The notes under the pieces were generated by a model. The model was not told the origin of the DNA, made no database searches, and saw only the letters and a list, made by a program, of their open reading frames with translations. DNA of 64,000 nt from an uncultured Chloroflexia bacterium. GTDB taxonomy: Bacteria; Chloroflexota; Anaerolineae; CG2-30-64-16. The DNA lies in the NCBI GenBank assembly GCA_963774265.1, contig CAVZDU010000001.1, forward strand, positions 928,001-992,000, in the 5' to 3' direction. Shown in pieces: positions 44,918-56,362 of this stretch (position 1 is its first letter; each line of letters opens with the position of its first letter). The translations under genes were made by a program, and so were the position numbers.

Positions 44918-45565
44918 ATGGTTGGGGAGACATTCACGCTGACCGATGCCCAACGGGCATACCAGCAGATCAAGGATCGGATTATCACAACGGCGATGCA
45001 GCCGGGCGCGGTCATCCAGGAAGCTGACTTGATGAGCGAGCTGGGGTTGGGCCGCACTCCTGTGCGTGAAGCGCTGAAGCTCCTGGAGGCGGAAAACCTT
45101 GTCGTGGTCTCCCCCCGGCGCGGCATTTTTGTCACCGATGTCACCTTGACGGATCTGCTGCACGTGCAGGAAATCCGTCTTGAACTGGATTCGCTGTCCG
45201 CGCGGCTGGCTGTGCAACGCGCGATGCCTGTAGAGGTTGCTGAGTTGCGCAGACTGATCGCCGAAGCCAGGAAGTGCGAGGGCCACGGTGACCCGCAGGC
45301 GCTGCTAGCCATTGACCGTGAGCTCCATGCCGTACTGCGGGAAGCGTCCCACAATCGACTGTTGGCGAACGAATGCGAAATGCTGTTCAACCTGTCCCTG
45401 CGCATCTGGTACCTGTTCGTTCGCCGTCTCGAACCTCAGCATCTCGCGGAGGATGCCTTCGATGAGATCCTGGAGGCCATCAATACCGGGAATATCGCCC
45501 AGGCGGATCGTGCCATGCGGCGCCACATCATGTCTTTCGGCGATTCGATCAAACTGATTCTCTGA
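44918..45565 (+). CDS. GntR/FCD transcriptional regulator
   Basis: LGLGRTPVREAL HTH plus FCD domain. Confidence 0.92.
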   Translation: MVGETFTLTDAQRAYQQIKDRIITTAMQPGAVIQEADLMSELGLGRTPVREALKLLEAENLVVVSPRRGIFVTDVTLTDLLHVQEIRLELDSLSARLAVQRAMPVEVAELRRLIAEARKCEGHGDPQALLAIDRELHAVLREASHNRLLANECEMLFNLSLRIWYLFVRRLEPQHLAEDAFDEILEAINTGNIAQADRAMRRHIMSFGDSIKLIL

Positions 45566-45592
45566 TCCAATCATAGCAAGGGAGGCTAAGCT

Positions 45593-46232
45593 GTGAGTGA
45601 AGTTCTGATGAAAATATCTGAAGCGATCATCGAAGGCAACGTCGATGACATTGTCGATCTGACGGAGGAGGCCCTGGACGAGGGCTCCACTGCCGAGGAA
45701 GTCTTGAACCTGGGGCTAATGGCGGGCATGGACTACGTCGGCGTCGAGTTCAAGGCCGGCAATATGTTCGTCCCGGAGGTGCTGCGCTCGGCTAAGGCGA
45801 TGCAGTCCGCTATGGAGCTGCTGCGGCCACTGCTGGCGAAGGCGGGCATCAAGCACACCGGCAAGTTGCTGCTCGGCACCGTCAAGGGCGACTTGCATGA
45901 CATCGGCAAAAATCTGGTCGGCATGATGTGTGAGGGCGCCGGGTTCGAGGTCACGGACCTCGGCAAGGATATCGACGCCCGAACAGTTCGTGGCTGCGAT
46001 CAAAGAGCGGCAGCCCGATGTGTTGGGCATGTCCGCGCTTTTGACCACGACCATGCGCGCGATGGGACATACCATCAAGGCCCTGGAAGAAGCGGGTCTG
46101 CGCGATCAGGTTAAGGTGATGGTCGGCGGCGCACCTGTGACGCAGGCATTTGCGGATCAAATCAACGCCGACGGTTATGCGCCGAACGCGGCAGCCGCAG
46201 CGGAGCTGGCTCGCAAGCTGGTTGCTGCATAG
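45593..46232 (+). CDS. Corrinoid (B12-binding) protein 1 (frameshift)
   Basis: MFVPEVL, GDLHDIGKN, SALLTTT and MVGGAP motifs. Confidence 0.94.
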
Positions 46233-46278
46233 ACTTCAGCGCATCCCGCGAGGGGATGGTTCCCAAAGGAGAACCTAC

Positions 46279-47743
46279 ATGAGGACAAACTACGTAGCCA
46301 ATGCTGGCGTGCGCTTCAATGTGTTCTCGCAGGACCAGTTGGAGGAGCTGTTCAACGGCGTGTTGCACCTCTTGCAGTACACGGGTCTGGACGTAAAACA
46401 CGAGGAAGCACGTGACATTCTGGCGAAAGCCGGTGCATGGGTTGACGGCGAGCGTGTGCGGCTGCCCTCACACATGGTGAAGGATGCGTTGCGCAAGGCG
46501 CCGCGCAGCTTCACCCTCTGGGCTCGCGACGGCAATCCGAAGCATAACATCCACATCGGCCCTGGCCGCGCGCACTTCGGCCCCGGCCCCACGTGCACGC
46601 ACTTCATCGACGCGGAGACGTTGGAGCGCCGGCCGTACACAAAGGCAGACGTGCCGTTGGTGGCGCGGCTGGTGGATGCCCTGCCCAACATCGACTTCTG
46701 CGAGTCATTGGGCACGGTGGATGATGTGCACTTCGACTTGGGCGCGCTGTACGAGTTTGCGGGCATGTTCCCCAACACCAGCAAGCCCATTGTCGCCTGG
46801 TCATACGACAAGTTCGACTCGGCCGGCATTCACGAGATCGCCGTGGCCGAGGCCGGCGGGCAGCGGGCGTTCGAGCAGCGGCCCACCTACGTCCACTACT
46901 GCGAGCCGCTGTCGCCGCTGGTCAGCACGTTCGAGGCGCTCGACAAGCTGATCTTCGCCGCCACGCACCGCGTGCCCGCTGGTCTTCACGCCCTGCCCCA
47001 TTGCAGGCGGCACCGCGCCGATCACCGGCGCGGGCATCATCACCATGGGCGCGGCCGAGTCGTGGATGGGCCTGACGCTGGCACAAATCCTCCAGCCGGG
47101 CCTGCCCTTCTTCATGGGCGGCGTGTTCTCGGCGATGGACATGAACACGATGATCCTGGCCTACGGCGCGCCGGAACTGCCGCTGTACATGGCCGGCCTG
47201 ACCGAGCTGGCGCACTATGCCGGACTGCCGCTGTGGCAGACGGGCGGCTGCACCGACTCAAAGAGCTTCGACGGCCAGGCCATGATCGAAGGCTCGATGT
47301 CGGTGTTCTTCTCGGCGCTCACCAGCGGCGACCTGTGTCACGATGTGGGCTACACCGAAAGCGCCATGACCGGCTCGCTCTTCCAGCTTTGCGCCATGGA
47401 CGAGGCCATCGGCTACTCGCGGCGCATCACGCGCGGCATCGAGGTCAACGATGACACGCTGGCCGTGGAGGTCATCAACAAGGTCGGTCCCAACAACCAC
47501 TACCTGCGCCAGCCGCATACCCGCAAGTATTACAAGAGCGAGTACTTCTATCCCAAGCTGCTCGACCGGCAGGACTTCGAGAACTGGGAGTCCAGCGGCA
47601 GCATGACGATGAAGGATCGCACCATCGCCCGCGTGCGCGACATCCTGGCGACGCACAAGGCCTCGCCGGTCAAGCCGGAGACCCAGAAGGTCATCGAGAA
47701 GGTTCTGGCGGAGGCGGAGGATCGGGTCAAGGACAAGGTTTAG
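46279..47743 (+). CDS. MttB-superfamily (trimethylamine methyltransferase-like) substrate:corrinoid methyltransferase 1, no pyrrolysine (frameshift near 46980)
   Basis: APRSFTL, DALPNIDF, PLSPL, YGAPE, GGCTDSK and VGPNNHYL motifs. Confidence 0.9.
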
Positions 47744-47763
47744 TTCACGCAAGAGAGGACACC

Positions 47764-48406
47764 ATGAGCAGACTACTCGAAAAAATGTCCACCGCCATCC
47801 TGGAAGGGGATGCGGAAAAGATCCCCAAGCTGGTGAAGAAGGCGCTGGGCGAGGGCGTATCGGCCAAAGACATCCTGGACAACGGCCTGTTGGTCGGCAT
47901 GAACGAGGTCGGTGTACGTTTCAAGGCCGGCGATATGTTCGTGCCCGAGGTGCTGATGTCGGCCGAGGCGATGCAGTCGGCCATGGTTGTGCTGCGGCCG
48001 CAACTGGCCAAGAGCGGCGCACAAGCAGATCGGCAAGGTGATGCTGGGCACGGTCAAGGGCGACCTGCACGACATCGGCAAGAACCTGGTGGGCATGATG
48101 TGCGAGGGCGCGGGCTTCGAGGTCATCGACATCGGCTTCAATGTCGATCCGGAGAAGTTCGTCGAGCAGATCAAGAAGCATCAGCCGCAGGTCGTCGGCA
48201 TGTCGGCCATGTTGACGACCACGATGCGCGCGATGGGCCACACGATCAAGGCGATCGAGGAAGCCGGCCTGCGCGACACCGTGAAGATCATGGTCGGCGG
48301 CGCGCCGGTGGACGCCGAGTTCGCCAAGCGCATCGGCGCGGACGGCTACGGCTCGAATGCGCCTGCCGGCGCCGATCTGGCCAAGAAATTCGTCGGCGCG
48401 GCCTGA
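47764..48406 (+). CDS. Corrinoid protein 2 (frameshift)
   Basis: MFVPEVL, GDLHDIGKN and SAMLTTT motifs. Confidence 0.94.
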
Positions 48407-48409
48407 GCC

Positions 48410-49141
48410 ATGGGGCACGTTGAGCGCAACGCAGTGAAACCGCCCGTCGTCATCCTGACGTGCCGAGTGCTGATGAGCGCGTTGGAGCGCTTGGTGCCAC
48501 CCGATCTGGCCTCCGAGGTTCGGTTCCTGGACTACGGCCTGCATCGCGTGCCGGTTAAGCTCACTGCGGCGGTGCAGGAAAGCCTGGAGTCGATCGAGCA
48601 AGCCAGCCTGGTCGTGCTCGGTTACGGCCTGTGCGGGAATGGGTTGCGCGGGATTCAGTCAGGACAGCACACCTTGCTGATCCCACGCACTGATGACTGC
48701 ATCGCCATCTTGCTGGGTTCGTACAAGGCATACATGCAGCAGTTCCAGGCAGTGCCAGGCACTTACTACCTGACCAAGGGATGGCTCGAATCGGGCAGCG
48801 ATCCGCTGAGGGAATACGAGGAGTATTCGGCTAAGTGGGGCGAAGAAACCGCCATGTGGCTGATGGATCAGCAATACCAGAACTACAAGCGCCTGGTGCT
48901 GGTGGCCCCCAATGCCGAAGAGATGACCCAATATCGCCCGCAGGCGCTCGAAGTCGCCAACTTCTGCAAGCGCTGGGGAATGGTCTACGAGGAGATGTTC
49001 GGGTCCGACGACTATGTGCGCCGGCTGATCGAAACGGCTATTCGAGTGAGGGATTCTGGAACGGATACCGGCCCTATCGGCCCCGACTTTCTTGTGATTC
49101 GGCCCGGCGGGGAGATCGAACAGGCGATGTTCATGCGCTAA
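48410..49141 (+). CDS. DUF1638-like protein
   Basis: C..., GLH..P, GYGLCGNG, DDCIAILLG and YYLTKGW motifs; typical neighbour of corrinoid methyltransferases. Confidence 0.8.
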   Translation: MGHVERNAVKPPVVILTCRVLMSALERLVPPDLASEVRFLDYGLHRVPVKLTAAVQESLESIEQASLVVLGYGLCGNGLRGIQSGQHTLLIPRTDDCIAILLGSYKAYMQQFQAVPGTYYLTKGWLESGSDPLREYEEYSAKWGEETAMWLMDQQYQNYKRLVLVAPNAEEMTQYRPQALEVANFCKRWGMVYEEMFGSDDYVRRLIETAIRVRDSGTDTGPIGPDFLVIRPGGEIEQAMFMR

Positions 49142-49196
49142 CGTGCTTACTACGCACTCGAAAGCGTGCAGACGCACGAAGAGGAGATCAACGACC

Positions 49197-50711
49197 ATGC
49201 AGAGAATAAGAATAACTACACGGTCAACGCCACGCCCACGATTCAGGTGCTGACCGAGCAGCAGATCGAAGCGATCTACTACGCCGCGCTCGGCGTCCTC
49301 TCAGAGACCGGCGTGCACGTTTACGACAAGGAAGGTTGGGATCTGGCCTACCAGGGCGGCGCCGTCGTCGAAGACGTGCAGGCCGACAACGCGCTGGTCA
49401 AGATGCCTTCCTGGATGGTGGACAAGGCCCGCGCCACGCTGCCGCAACGCATCCGCGTCATCGGCCCCGCTGGCGCCGACGGCGTGCGCAAGTACAAGAT
49501 GGATCTGTACAAGAACACGATGTACTTCGGCACCGGCTCGGATACGCCGTTCACCCTCGATCCTTACACCCAGGCGCCGCCGCGCGGTGTACAAGGATGT
49601 GAAGAACCTGGCCAAGCTGGCGGAGGCGCTGCCGAACGTCGACTTCTTCATGTCGCTCGGCATCACGCAGGACACGGCCGTCGGCACGTACGACCGCTGG
49701 CAGTACCTGGCAATGCTCGAAGCCACGACCAAGCCGATCAACATCACCGCGGTGGACATCGAGGGCCTCAAGGATCAGCTCGAGATGGCCTACATCCGGC
49801 TGGGCGGCAAGGAAGAGTGGAAGAAGGCGCCCTGTTTCTCGCTTTACAACGAGCCGGTGTCGCCGCTGAGCCACTCCGAGGAAGTGATCCAGAAGCTGCT
49901 CTTCTGCGCGGACCACGATATCCCGATCGTCTACACGCCGTGCCCGTTGGCGGGCGCGACTTCGCCCGCCACGTTGGCCGGCACGATGGTGCAGGCGCTC
50001 ACCGAGAGCCTCTTCGGCATCGTCCTCAGCCAGTTGCGCAAGCCGGGCACGGAGGTCATCATCGGCGGCCTGATGTCTGCCATGGACATGCAGACGGCGG
50101 TCTACCCGTACGGCTCGCCCGAAATGGCGCTGCTGAGCGCGGGCTACACCGAGATCACCAAGTGGCTGCGGGTGCCCGAGTACGAAACCGCCGGCTGCTC
50201 CGACGCCAAATGCTTCGACGAGCAGGCGTGCATGGAGGCCGCGATCAACATCAGCACCGCGGCCCTGGTCGGCGGCAACATGATCCACGACATCGGCTAC
50301 ATCGAGCAGGGCCTGTGCAGCAGCCCGCACATGTTGGTCGCGTCGGATGAGATCATCAGCCGCGCCAAGCGCATCCTGCGCGGCATCCCGGTCGATGCGG
50401 ACACGCAGGCGCTCGACGTCCTGGATGAGATCGGTCCGGGCGGCCACTTCCTGGGGCACGATCACACCTTCAGCCGCTTCAAGACGGAGAACTGGCGATC
50501 CGCGCTGGCTGACCGGCAGGTCTACGCTGACTGGGAAACTTCCGGCAGCAAGAACTACCAGCAGCGTGTGCACGAGCGGATGATCGAGATTCTCGAAGCC
50601 GAGACCGAACCGCTGCTCGATCCGAAGATGTACCAGGAACTGCACCGCATCTGCGAGCTGGCGGACGCGCGGCACAAGGACGAAGAGCTCGACGTCCAGA
50701 TGTTTGTGTAA
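49197..50711 (+). CDS. MttB-superfamily methyltransferase 2, no pyrrolysine (frameshift near 49580)
   Basis: FGTGS, ALPNVDF, PVSPL, SPATLAG, YGSPE, AGCSDAK and GPGGHFL motifs. Confidence 0.9.
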
Positions 50712-50716
50712 CTTTC

Positions 50717-50758
50717 GGTGCCCGGCACTGACGCCAGGTCTAAGTGCCGGGCACCTAA
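50717..50758. repeat. Intergenic inverted repeat GGTGCCCGGCACT...AGTGCCGGGCACC (copy 1)
   Basis: Same arms recur at 58075-58122. Confidence 0.8.
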
Positions 50759-50781
50759 CGTCCCCAAAGGTCAGGTGACCC

Positions 50782-52807
50782 TTGACTACAGCTAGCGATA
50801 GTCTTGTTCTTGGCATCGACACCGGCGGCACCTATACCGACGCAGTCCTGCTGGAATACCATTCGCGGCGGGTGCTGGCCACACACAAGAGCCTGACCAC
50901 CAAGCGCGACTTTTCGATCGGGATCGAGCAGGTCATCGACGGCATCCACATCGATGATCCCTCGTCCGATCAAGATGGTCTCTATCTCCACAACCCTGGC
51001 GACAAACGCAATCGCCGAGGGCAAAGGGAAACGGGTCGCGCTTGCTTCTCATCGGCTACGATCCGGAACTGATCGCGAATTTTCAGCATGGAGCGGCCGG
51101 TTTGCCACGCCGCATTTCTTCTATTTTCGCGGGGGCCATGACCTCTACGGCCGCGAGAAGGCCGAGTTGGACTTGACCGGCATCCTGGCCCAGGTGAACA
51201 AGATCAAGGACCGTGTCGACGCGATCGCGGTCTCCAGCTATTTCAGCCCGCTCAATCCCGAGCACGAAAACCGCGTCTACAACGCCATCTCCAGCATTTG
51301 TGACCTGCCGATCGTCCTGGGCCATCAGCTTTCGACCAGGCTTGGTTCGGTCGAACGCGCCACGACCGCTGCGCTGAATGCATCGCTGCTGGCGGTCTTG
51401 CAGGACTTCATCATCGCCGTGCGCCGGGCGATGGAGCGACGGCATATCGACGCGCCGCTGATGGTCGTGCGCGGGGACGGCACGCTGATGAGCGACGAGT
51501 TTGCTGCTCGCACGCCGGTCGAGACGATTCACTCGGGCCCGGCTGCCAGCGCCATCGGCGGCCGGTTCCTGACTAACCTGGATGAAGCGTTGGTCGTCGA
51601 TGTGGGCGGCACGACAACGGACCTGGCCCTGATCGAGGGCGGACAGGTGCGCGTCAGCACCGAGGGCGCCACTGTCGGCGAGTACAAGACGTCAGTGCAG
51701 GCGGCCCACCTTCTTTCGATCGCCCTGGGCGGCGACAGCCACATTCGTACGGCGCGCGATGGCCAGATTACCGTCGGCCCGGAGCGTGTGCTGCCGCTGG
51801 CGCACCTGGCCCACCTGCACCCGGACGTGGCCAGGCGGCTCAGGGCGCTGTCACGGCGGCAGTGGTCCCAGGCAACGCCCGACTGGCTGGAATACTGGTG
51901 CCTGTTGCGCGAGCCGCCGCCAGGCCTGCTCGAGAGCAGCCAGGAAGAGGCGCTGGTCGCCTTGCTGCGCGACGGTCCCCAGCCCGTGCCGGAAATTCTC
52001 AAGCACTTGAACGCACTCCACGTGGGTCAAATCCATGTGGCTGAGTTGATGCGCCAGGAGATCATCGGCAAGGCTGGCCTGACGCCCACCGATCTGATGC
52101 ATGTGGAGGGCAGCTACGCGCTATGGGATGTCGAATCCGCGAACCTGGCGCTGCAGGTGTTCAGCCATCATGTGCACGCCGCTGACCCTGCGCAGCGAGA
52201 GCCCGCACAAGTCCGCCGTCGCATCTGGGAGCGTATCACGGAGATGGCGGTGCATGCGATCGTTGCTTTCCTGACGGGAAAGCAGCTTCCGCCACCCGGA
52301 GCCGTCGATCCTGAGCGCGAAGAGGGCATCGGGCCCTGGTTCCTGCATAACAGCTTGTATCGCGTTCACCCCCACCTCGCCACCGAGTTTCATCTCAATA
52401 TCCCGATCATCGGCATCGGCGCGGCGGCCAGGCTGTTCCTGAAGCCGGTTGCCGAGGCGTTCCACACTGAGCTTGTGCTGCCAACGCACCATGAGGTGGC
52501 CAATGCGGTGGGCGCGATCGCCGGCAGCGTGATGGTCAGCGAGGAGGTGCTGGTCTATCCGCGGTTCGACGGGGCGGGGCTCGAGGTGCTGGGCTATTAT
52601 GTGCAGACCGGCGATCAGCGCACCGAAATCGATGATGTCACTGAAGCGCTGGCGCAGGCCCGAGCGCTGGCCCATGAGCGGGCGCTCGGCGGCGCGCTCC
52701 GCTCCGGCGCGGACAATCCCCAGGTGATGGTCGAACAACTCACCGACGGGCTTGACACCTACCGCGTTCGCGCCAAGGCCGTGGGCAACCCCCGCCTGGC
52801 GCGGTGA
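50782..52807 (+). CDS. Hydantoinase A/oxoprolinase-family ATP-dependent protein (frameshifts near 5' end)
   Basis: GIDTGGTYTD, STTLATNA, SGPAAS, DVGGTTTD, TPTD and VANAVGA motifs. Confidence 0.88.
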
Positions 52808-52857
52808 CGATTGAAGATCCAAGATTGAAGGCTGAAGATCCTGCAGGGGAGGATGGC

Positions 52858-53511
52858 ATGGAATCAGGTGTGCGACCAGATACTCAAAGAGCTTACAACC
52901 TCATTTGCGATAAGATCATTACCTTAGAATTACCGCCCGGGCATCCGATCCACGAGCAACAGCTCGCCGAGACGCTGGGCATGGCATTGAGCCCCGTGCA
53001 GGAGGCGCTGAAACTATTGGCGGACGATCACCTGGTGCGCGTCACGGCGCGCCACGGCTTCTACGTGGCCGATGTGAATGTGCCGGACCTGGATCAACTC
53101 AGCGAGCTCCGCCTGACCCTGGAGTGCCTGGCTGCGAGCCTGGCTGCCCGGCGTGCCACGCCCGACGATATCGTTGTGTTGCAGGCCCTCAGAGAAGAGC
53201 AGACCACGGCAGACCCGGCTGAGACGCGGCGGTTGTTCGACATCGATCACAAGTTCCACCAGGCGATCGCGAGGATTGCGGGAAACAAATACCTCGCCCA
53301 GACACTGGATCACTTCTTCGGGCTTTCCTTGCGCCTGTGGTATCTCGTGATGCCGCACCTGGATTTTCTGCCAGGGTCGGTTGGTAAGCACCTGGACATC
53401 GTGGATGCGATCGCCCGGCATGAACCCGATGCGGCGGAGCAGATGATGCGCGAGCACGTGGCAGAGTTCTACGTGAACGTGCGGGCTTATCTGATGACCC
53501 GCGGCGACTGA
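52858..53511 (+). CDS. GntR/FCD transcriptional regulator 2
   Basis: AYNLI...LPPG...PVQEAL HTH and DHKFH...GN FCD motif. Confidence 0.9.
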   Translation: MESGVRPDTQRAYNLICDKIITLELPPGHPIHEQQLAETLGMALSPVQEALKLLADDHLVRVTARHGFYVADVNVPDLDQLSELRLTLECLAASLAARRATPDDIVVLQALREEQTTADPAETRRLFDIDHKFHQAIARIAGNKYLAQTLDHFFGLSLRLWYLVMPHLDFLPGSVGKHLDIVDAIARHEPDAAEQMMREHVAEFYVNVRAYLMTRGD

Positions 53512-53573
53512 CGATTGACGATTGAAGATTGAAGATTGAAGATGGCATCGGATACCAGTTGGGCGGACTTGGG

Positions 53574-55319
53574 ATGACTCCGGCTGATCTCAATGAGGAC
53601 GCGGCCGGCGAGGTTAGCGTTCACGTCAGCTACGGCGCCAGGTCTGAAACGGTTTCTGTGGCCAGGGGCAGCGTGCTCAGCGAAGCGATCATCGCGACCG
53701 GCCTGCCGTTCGAGCAGCCGTGCGCTGGACGGGGCACGTGCCTCAAGTGCAAGGTGATGGTTGCGGGGGTGAGCCCGGAGGGCCTCAGCCCGTTGGACGA
53801 CCACGAGCGTCGCGGGTTGACGGTTGCGGAGCGCGCCGCCCGATATCGGCTTGCCTGCCGGGCCCGGGTTGCCGGCGACACGGACGTCACCCTGGCGCCG
53901 ATCGTCGTCTACTCCAACAAGATTTTCCGGGCGTGCAACGACTACAAGCGGCCCGACGCGCCCCTGGGCCTGGCGATCGACCTCGGCAGCACGACCGTGG
54001 CAGCCTTTGTTGTCACGCTCGACCGCAAGCAGGTTTGCGCGGGCGGCGCAGGTCTGAACCAGCAGACCGCTTTTGGCGCGGACGTGATCTCGCGCCTGGC
54101 TGCGGCGCAGATTGGGCCGGAGGTGGCGGAGCGCGTGTCCGTCCTGGCCCTATCCTCCATCGTTCAGGCCGTCGATGCGCTTCATCTGAGCGCCAACGCG
54201 CGGAAACGCATCCGCAAAGCAGTCATCGTCGGCAACTGCGCCATGCATCACCTGCTTCTGCGTGCGTCGGTCGATACGCTCGCCGAGCTGCCCTTCCAAC
54301 CCTCCGAACGGGACACGCGGCGGTACCAGTCGGGCCCGGGCGAGGCCGAAGGGGCCGCCAACCCATTCGCCGACATCTTCCCCCCTGGCGTCGAGGTCTT
54401 GCTGCCCCCGTTGATCGGCGGGTTTGTCGGCTCCGACGCGTTGGCCTGCCTGCTGGTCTACGGGTTTGACCGCGCGCCTGGGCCGATGGCCGCCATCGAC
54501 CTGGGGACCAACGGTGAGGTGATGGTCACCGACGGGCGCCGCATCCTGGTCGCGTCGACCGCGGCCGGGCCGGCCTTTGAGGGCGTGAACATCTCCTGCG
54601 GCTCCCGCGCGGTGGATGGCGCCATCACCGGCGTCGATTTACCGGTAGCGACGTTGCCGGTAGAGACGTTGCATGCAACGTCTCTACACCTGCGCACTGT
54701 GGCAGATCAGCCGCCGGTGGGTCTGACGGGATCGGGCCTGCTGGAGTTGGTCTACAAGTTGCGCCAGGCGGGTGTCATCGAGCCGAGCGGCCGGCTGGTC
54801 TCCGAGCACGATCTCTTTGGCGACCGGCTGAGCATGTCGGCAGATCTTCGAGGTCCCGCCGACGCCGAAGATGCGGACGCGCCGGTTCCCGTGCGCCAGT
54901 TCCTGATCACGGAGACCGGCGCGACTGTAGAGACGTTGCATGCAACGTCTCTACACTTGACGCAGCACGACATCCGTGAGCTTCAGAAGGCAAAGGGCGC
55001 GATCCGCGCTGCCATCGACACGTTGATGGCGCAGCTGGGCCTGGCTCCTGGCGATCTGACCCGGGTCATCCTGACTGGCTCGTTTGGCAGCCAGCTCTCC
55101 ATCGATGCCGTCGTCGGCCTCGGCATGCTGCCGCCGGTCGCGCCAAACATCATCGAGATGTCGCCCAATGGCGCGGGGTTCGGTGCGGCCATGATGCTCG
55201 ATGCGGGTGAGTTCGCCCGCGCCGAACGAATTGCGGCGGCCGCCGAGCAGGTCGACCTGGATCTGGACCCGGAGTTCGACCGGCGGTTTGTGCGATCGCT
55301 CAAGTTAATTGCAGATTGA
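53574..55319 (+). CDS. ATP-dependent corrinoid reductive activator (RACo/RamA-like: 2Fe-2S + ASKHA)
   Basis: CAGRGTCLKC..RLAC, DLGSTT, FGADVISR, GFVGSD, DLGTNGE, AGPAFEG and DIRELQKAK motifs. Confidence 0.9.
   Translation: MTPADLNEDAAGEVSVHVSYGARSETVSVARGSVLSEAIIATGLPFEQPCAGRGTCLKCKVMVAGVSPEGLSPLDDHERRGLTVAERAARYRLACRARVAGDTDVTLAPIVVYSNKIFRACNDYKRPDAPLGLAIDLGSTTVAAFVVTLDRKQVCAGGAGLNQQTAFGADVISRLAAAQIGPEVAERVSVLALSSIVQAVDALHLSANARKRIRKAVIVGNCAMHHLLLRASVDTLAELPFQPSERDTRRYQSGPGEAEGAANPFADIFPPGVEVLLPPLIGGFVGSDALACLLVYGFDRAPGPMAAIDLGTNGEVMVTDGRRILVASTAAGPAFEGVNISCGSRAVDGAITGVDLPVATLPVETLHATSLHLRTVADQPPVGLTGSGLLELVYKLRQAGVIEPSGRLVSEHDLFGDRLSMSADLRGPADAEDADAPVPVRQFLITETGATVETLHATSLHLTQHDIRELQKAKGAIRAAIDTLMAQLGLAPGDLTRVILTGSFGSQLSIDAVVGLGMLPPVAPNIIEMSPNGAGFGAAMMLDAGEFARAERIAAAAEQVDLDLDPEFDRRFVRSLKLIAD
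54660..54687. repeat. Intragenic in-frame REP palindrome, copy 1
   Basis: GTAGAGACGTTGCATGCAACGTCTCTAC, translated as VETLHATSL. Confidence 0.9.
54927..54954. repeat. Intragenic in-frame REP palindrome, copy 2
   Basis: Identical 28-mer giving the same peptide. Confidence 0.9.
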
Positions 55320-55402
55320 AAATTGAAAATTGAAGATTGGCGACAGATCACCGATCTTCCATCTTCCATCTGTCATCTTCAATCTTCAGTCGGAGGTAGT
55401 CT

Positions 55403-56362
55403 TTGGCCGGGAACCGCGTGCTTCGTATCCTGCTGGTGGTGGTCGCCACGTTGTGCTGGTCGACCGCGGGCATTCTGATTTCGTGGAGTCTGCAGGGCAG
55501 CAACTTGACGCCGCTGGGGCTGGCGTTTTGGCGCGTGCTGACGGCCTGCATCTGCCTGGCGGCTATCCTCTTCTTCGTTCCCGGCGGGCGTGACCTGTTG
55601 CGGGTTCCTCGGCGGTCGCTCCCCTGGCTCGCTGGCCTGGGCATACTGGCTGTCGGGGTTTTCCAGGTTCTGTGGATTTTGGGTATCATCACCAACGGCG
55701 CATCGCTGGCGACGGTGATCCAGTGCAATGCGCCGATCATCGTGACGGTGATGGCGCGCATCCTTTGGCGCGAGCCGCTGACCTGGCGCAAATGGGCTGC
55801 GATCGGCCTGGCGTTTCTGGGCACGGTTCTGGTTGCGCAGTTGGGCGGCGCGGGAGGCAACCTGCAACTCACACCCGTAGGCTTGCTCATTTCGCTCGCC
55901 TCCGCGTTCACTTATGCAGGCATCACGCTGTTCACCAAGAAGTTGACGGCTGACGGCGTCAACCCGTGGACCATCCTGGTGTATTCGTTCGGGTTTGCGG
56001 CGCTTAGCCTGCTGCCTTTTCAGTTCAGCCAGCCTGCGATCCGGATCACCGCCTCGACTTCGGTGGCGGCCTTCGCCGGGCTGGTGCTCATCACGACCAT
56101 CGCGGGGTACGGCGCGTATACCTCGGCCTTGCGTCACCTGCAAGCCAGCGTCGCGTCTATCGTGGCGTTGACGGAGGTGCCGTTTGCGGCAGGATTTGCG
56201 TTTGTCTTTCTCGGTGAGCGGATGAATGGGCTGCAGATCCTGGGTGCGCTTGCCATCGTAGGCGGCGTCTTGTTGCTCGCCGCCGCGCGGGCGCCCAACG
56301 AAGCGCAGGTTCGCAGCGGGCCCTACGCGCCATTAGTCATCGCAAAGGAGGATCAGGAATGA
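55403..56362 (+). CDS. EamA/DMT family transporter
   Basis: About 10 TM helices, two EamA repeats, FLGERM motif. Confidence 0.9.
   Translation: MAGNRVLRILLVVVATLCWSTAGILISWSLQGSNLTPLGLAFWRVLTACICLAAILFFVPGGRDLLRVPRRSLPWLAGLGILAVGVFQVLWILGIITNGASLATVIQCNAPIIVTVMARILWREPLTWRKWAAIGLAFLGTVLVAQLGGAGGNLQLTPVGLLISLASAFTYAGITLFTKKLTADGVNPWTILVYSFGFAALSLLPFQFSQPAIRITASTSVAAFAGLVLITTIAGYGAYTSALRHLQASVASIVALTEVPFAAGFAFVFLGERMNGLQILGALAIVGGVLLLAAARAPNEAQVRSGPYAPLVIAKEDQE

Noticed and set aside
46279-50711. Pyrrolysine in the MttB genes
   Set aside because: There is no in-frame TAG at the expected site and no pyl genes in the window; the breaks are frameshifts, not amber codons.
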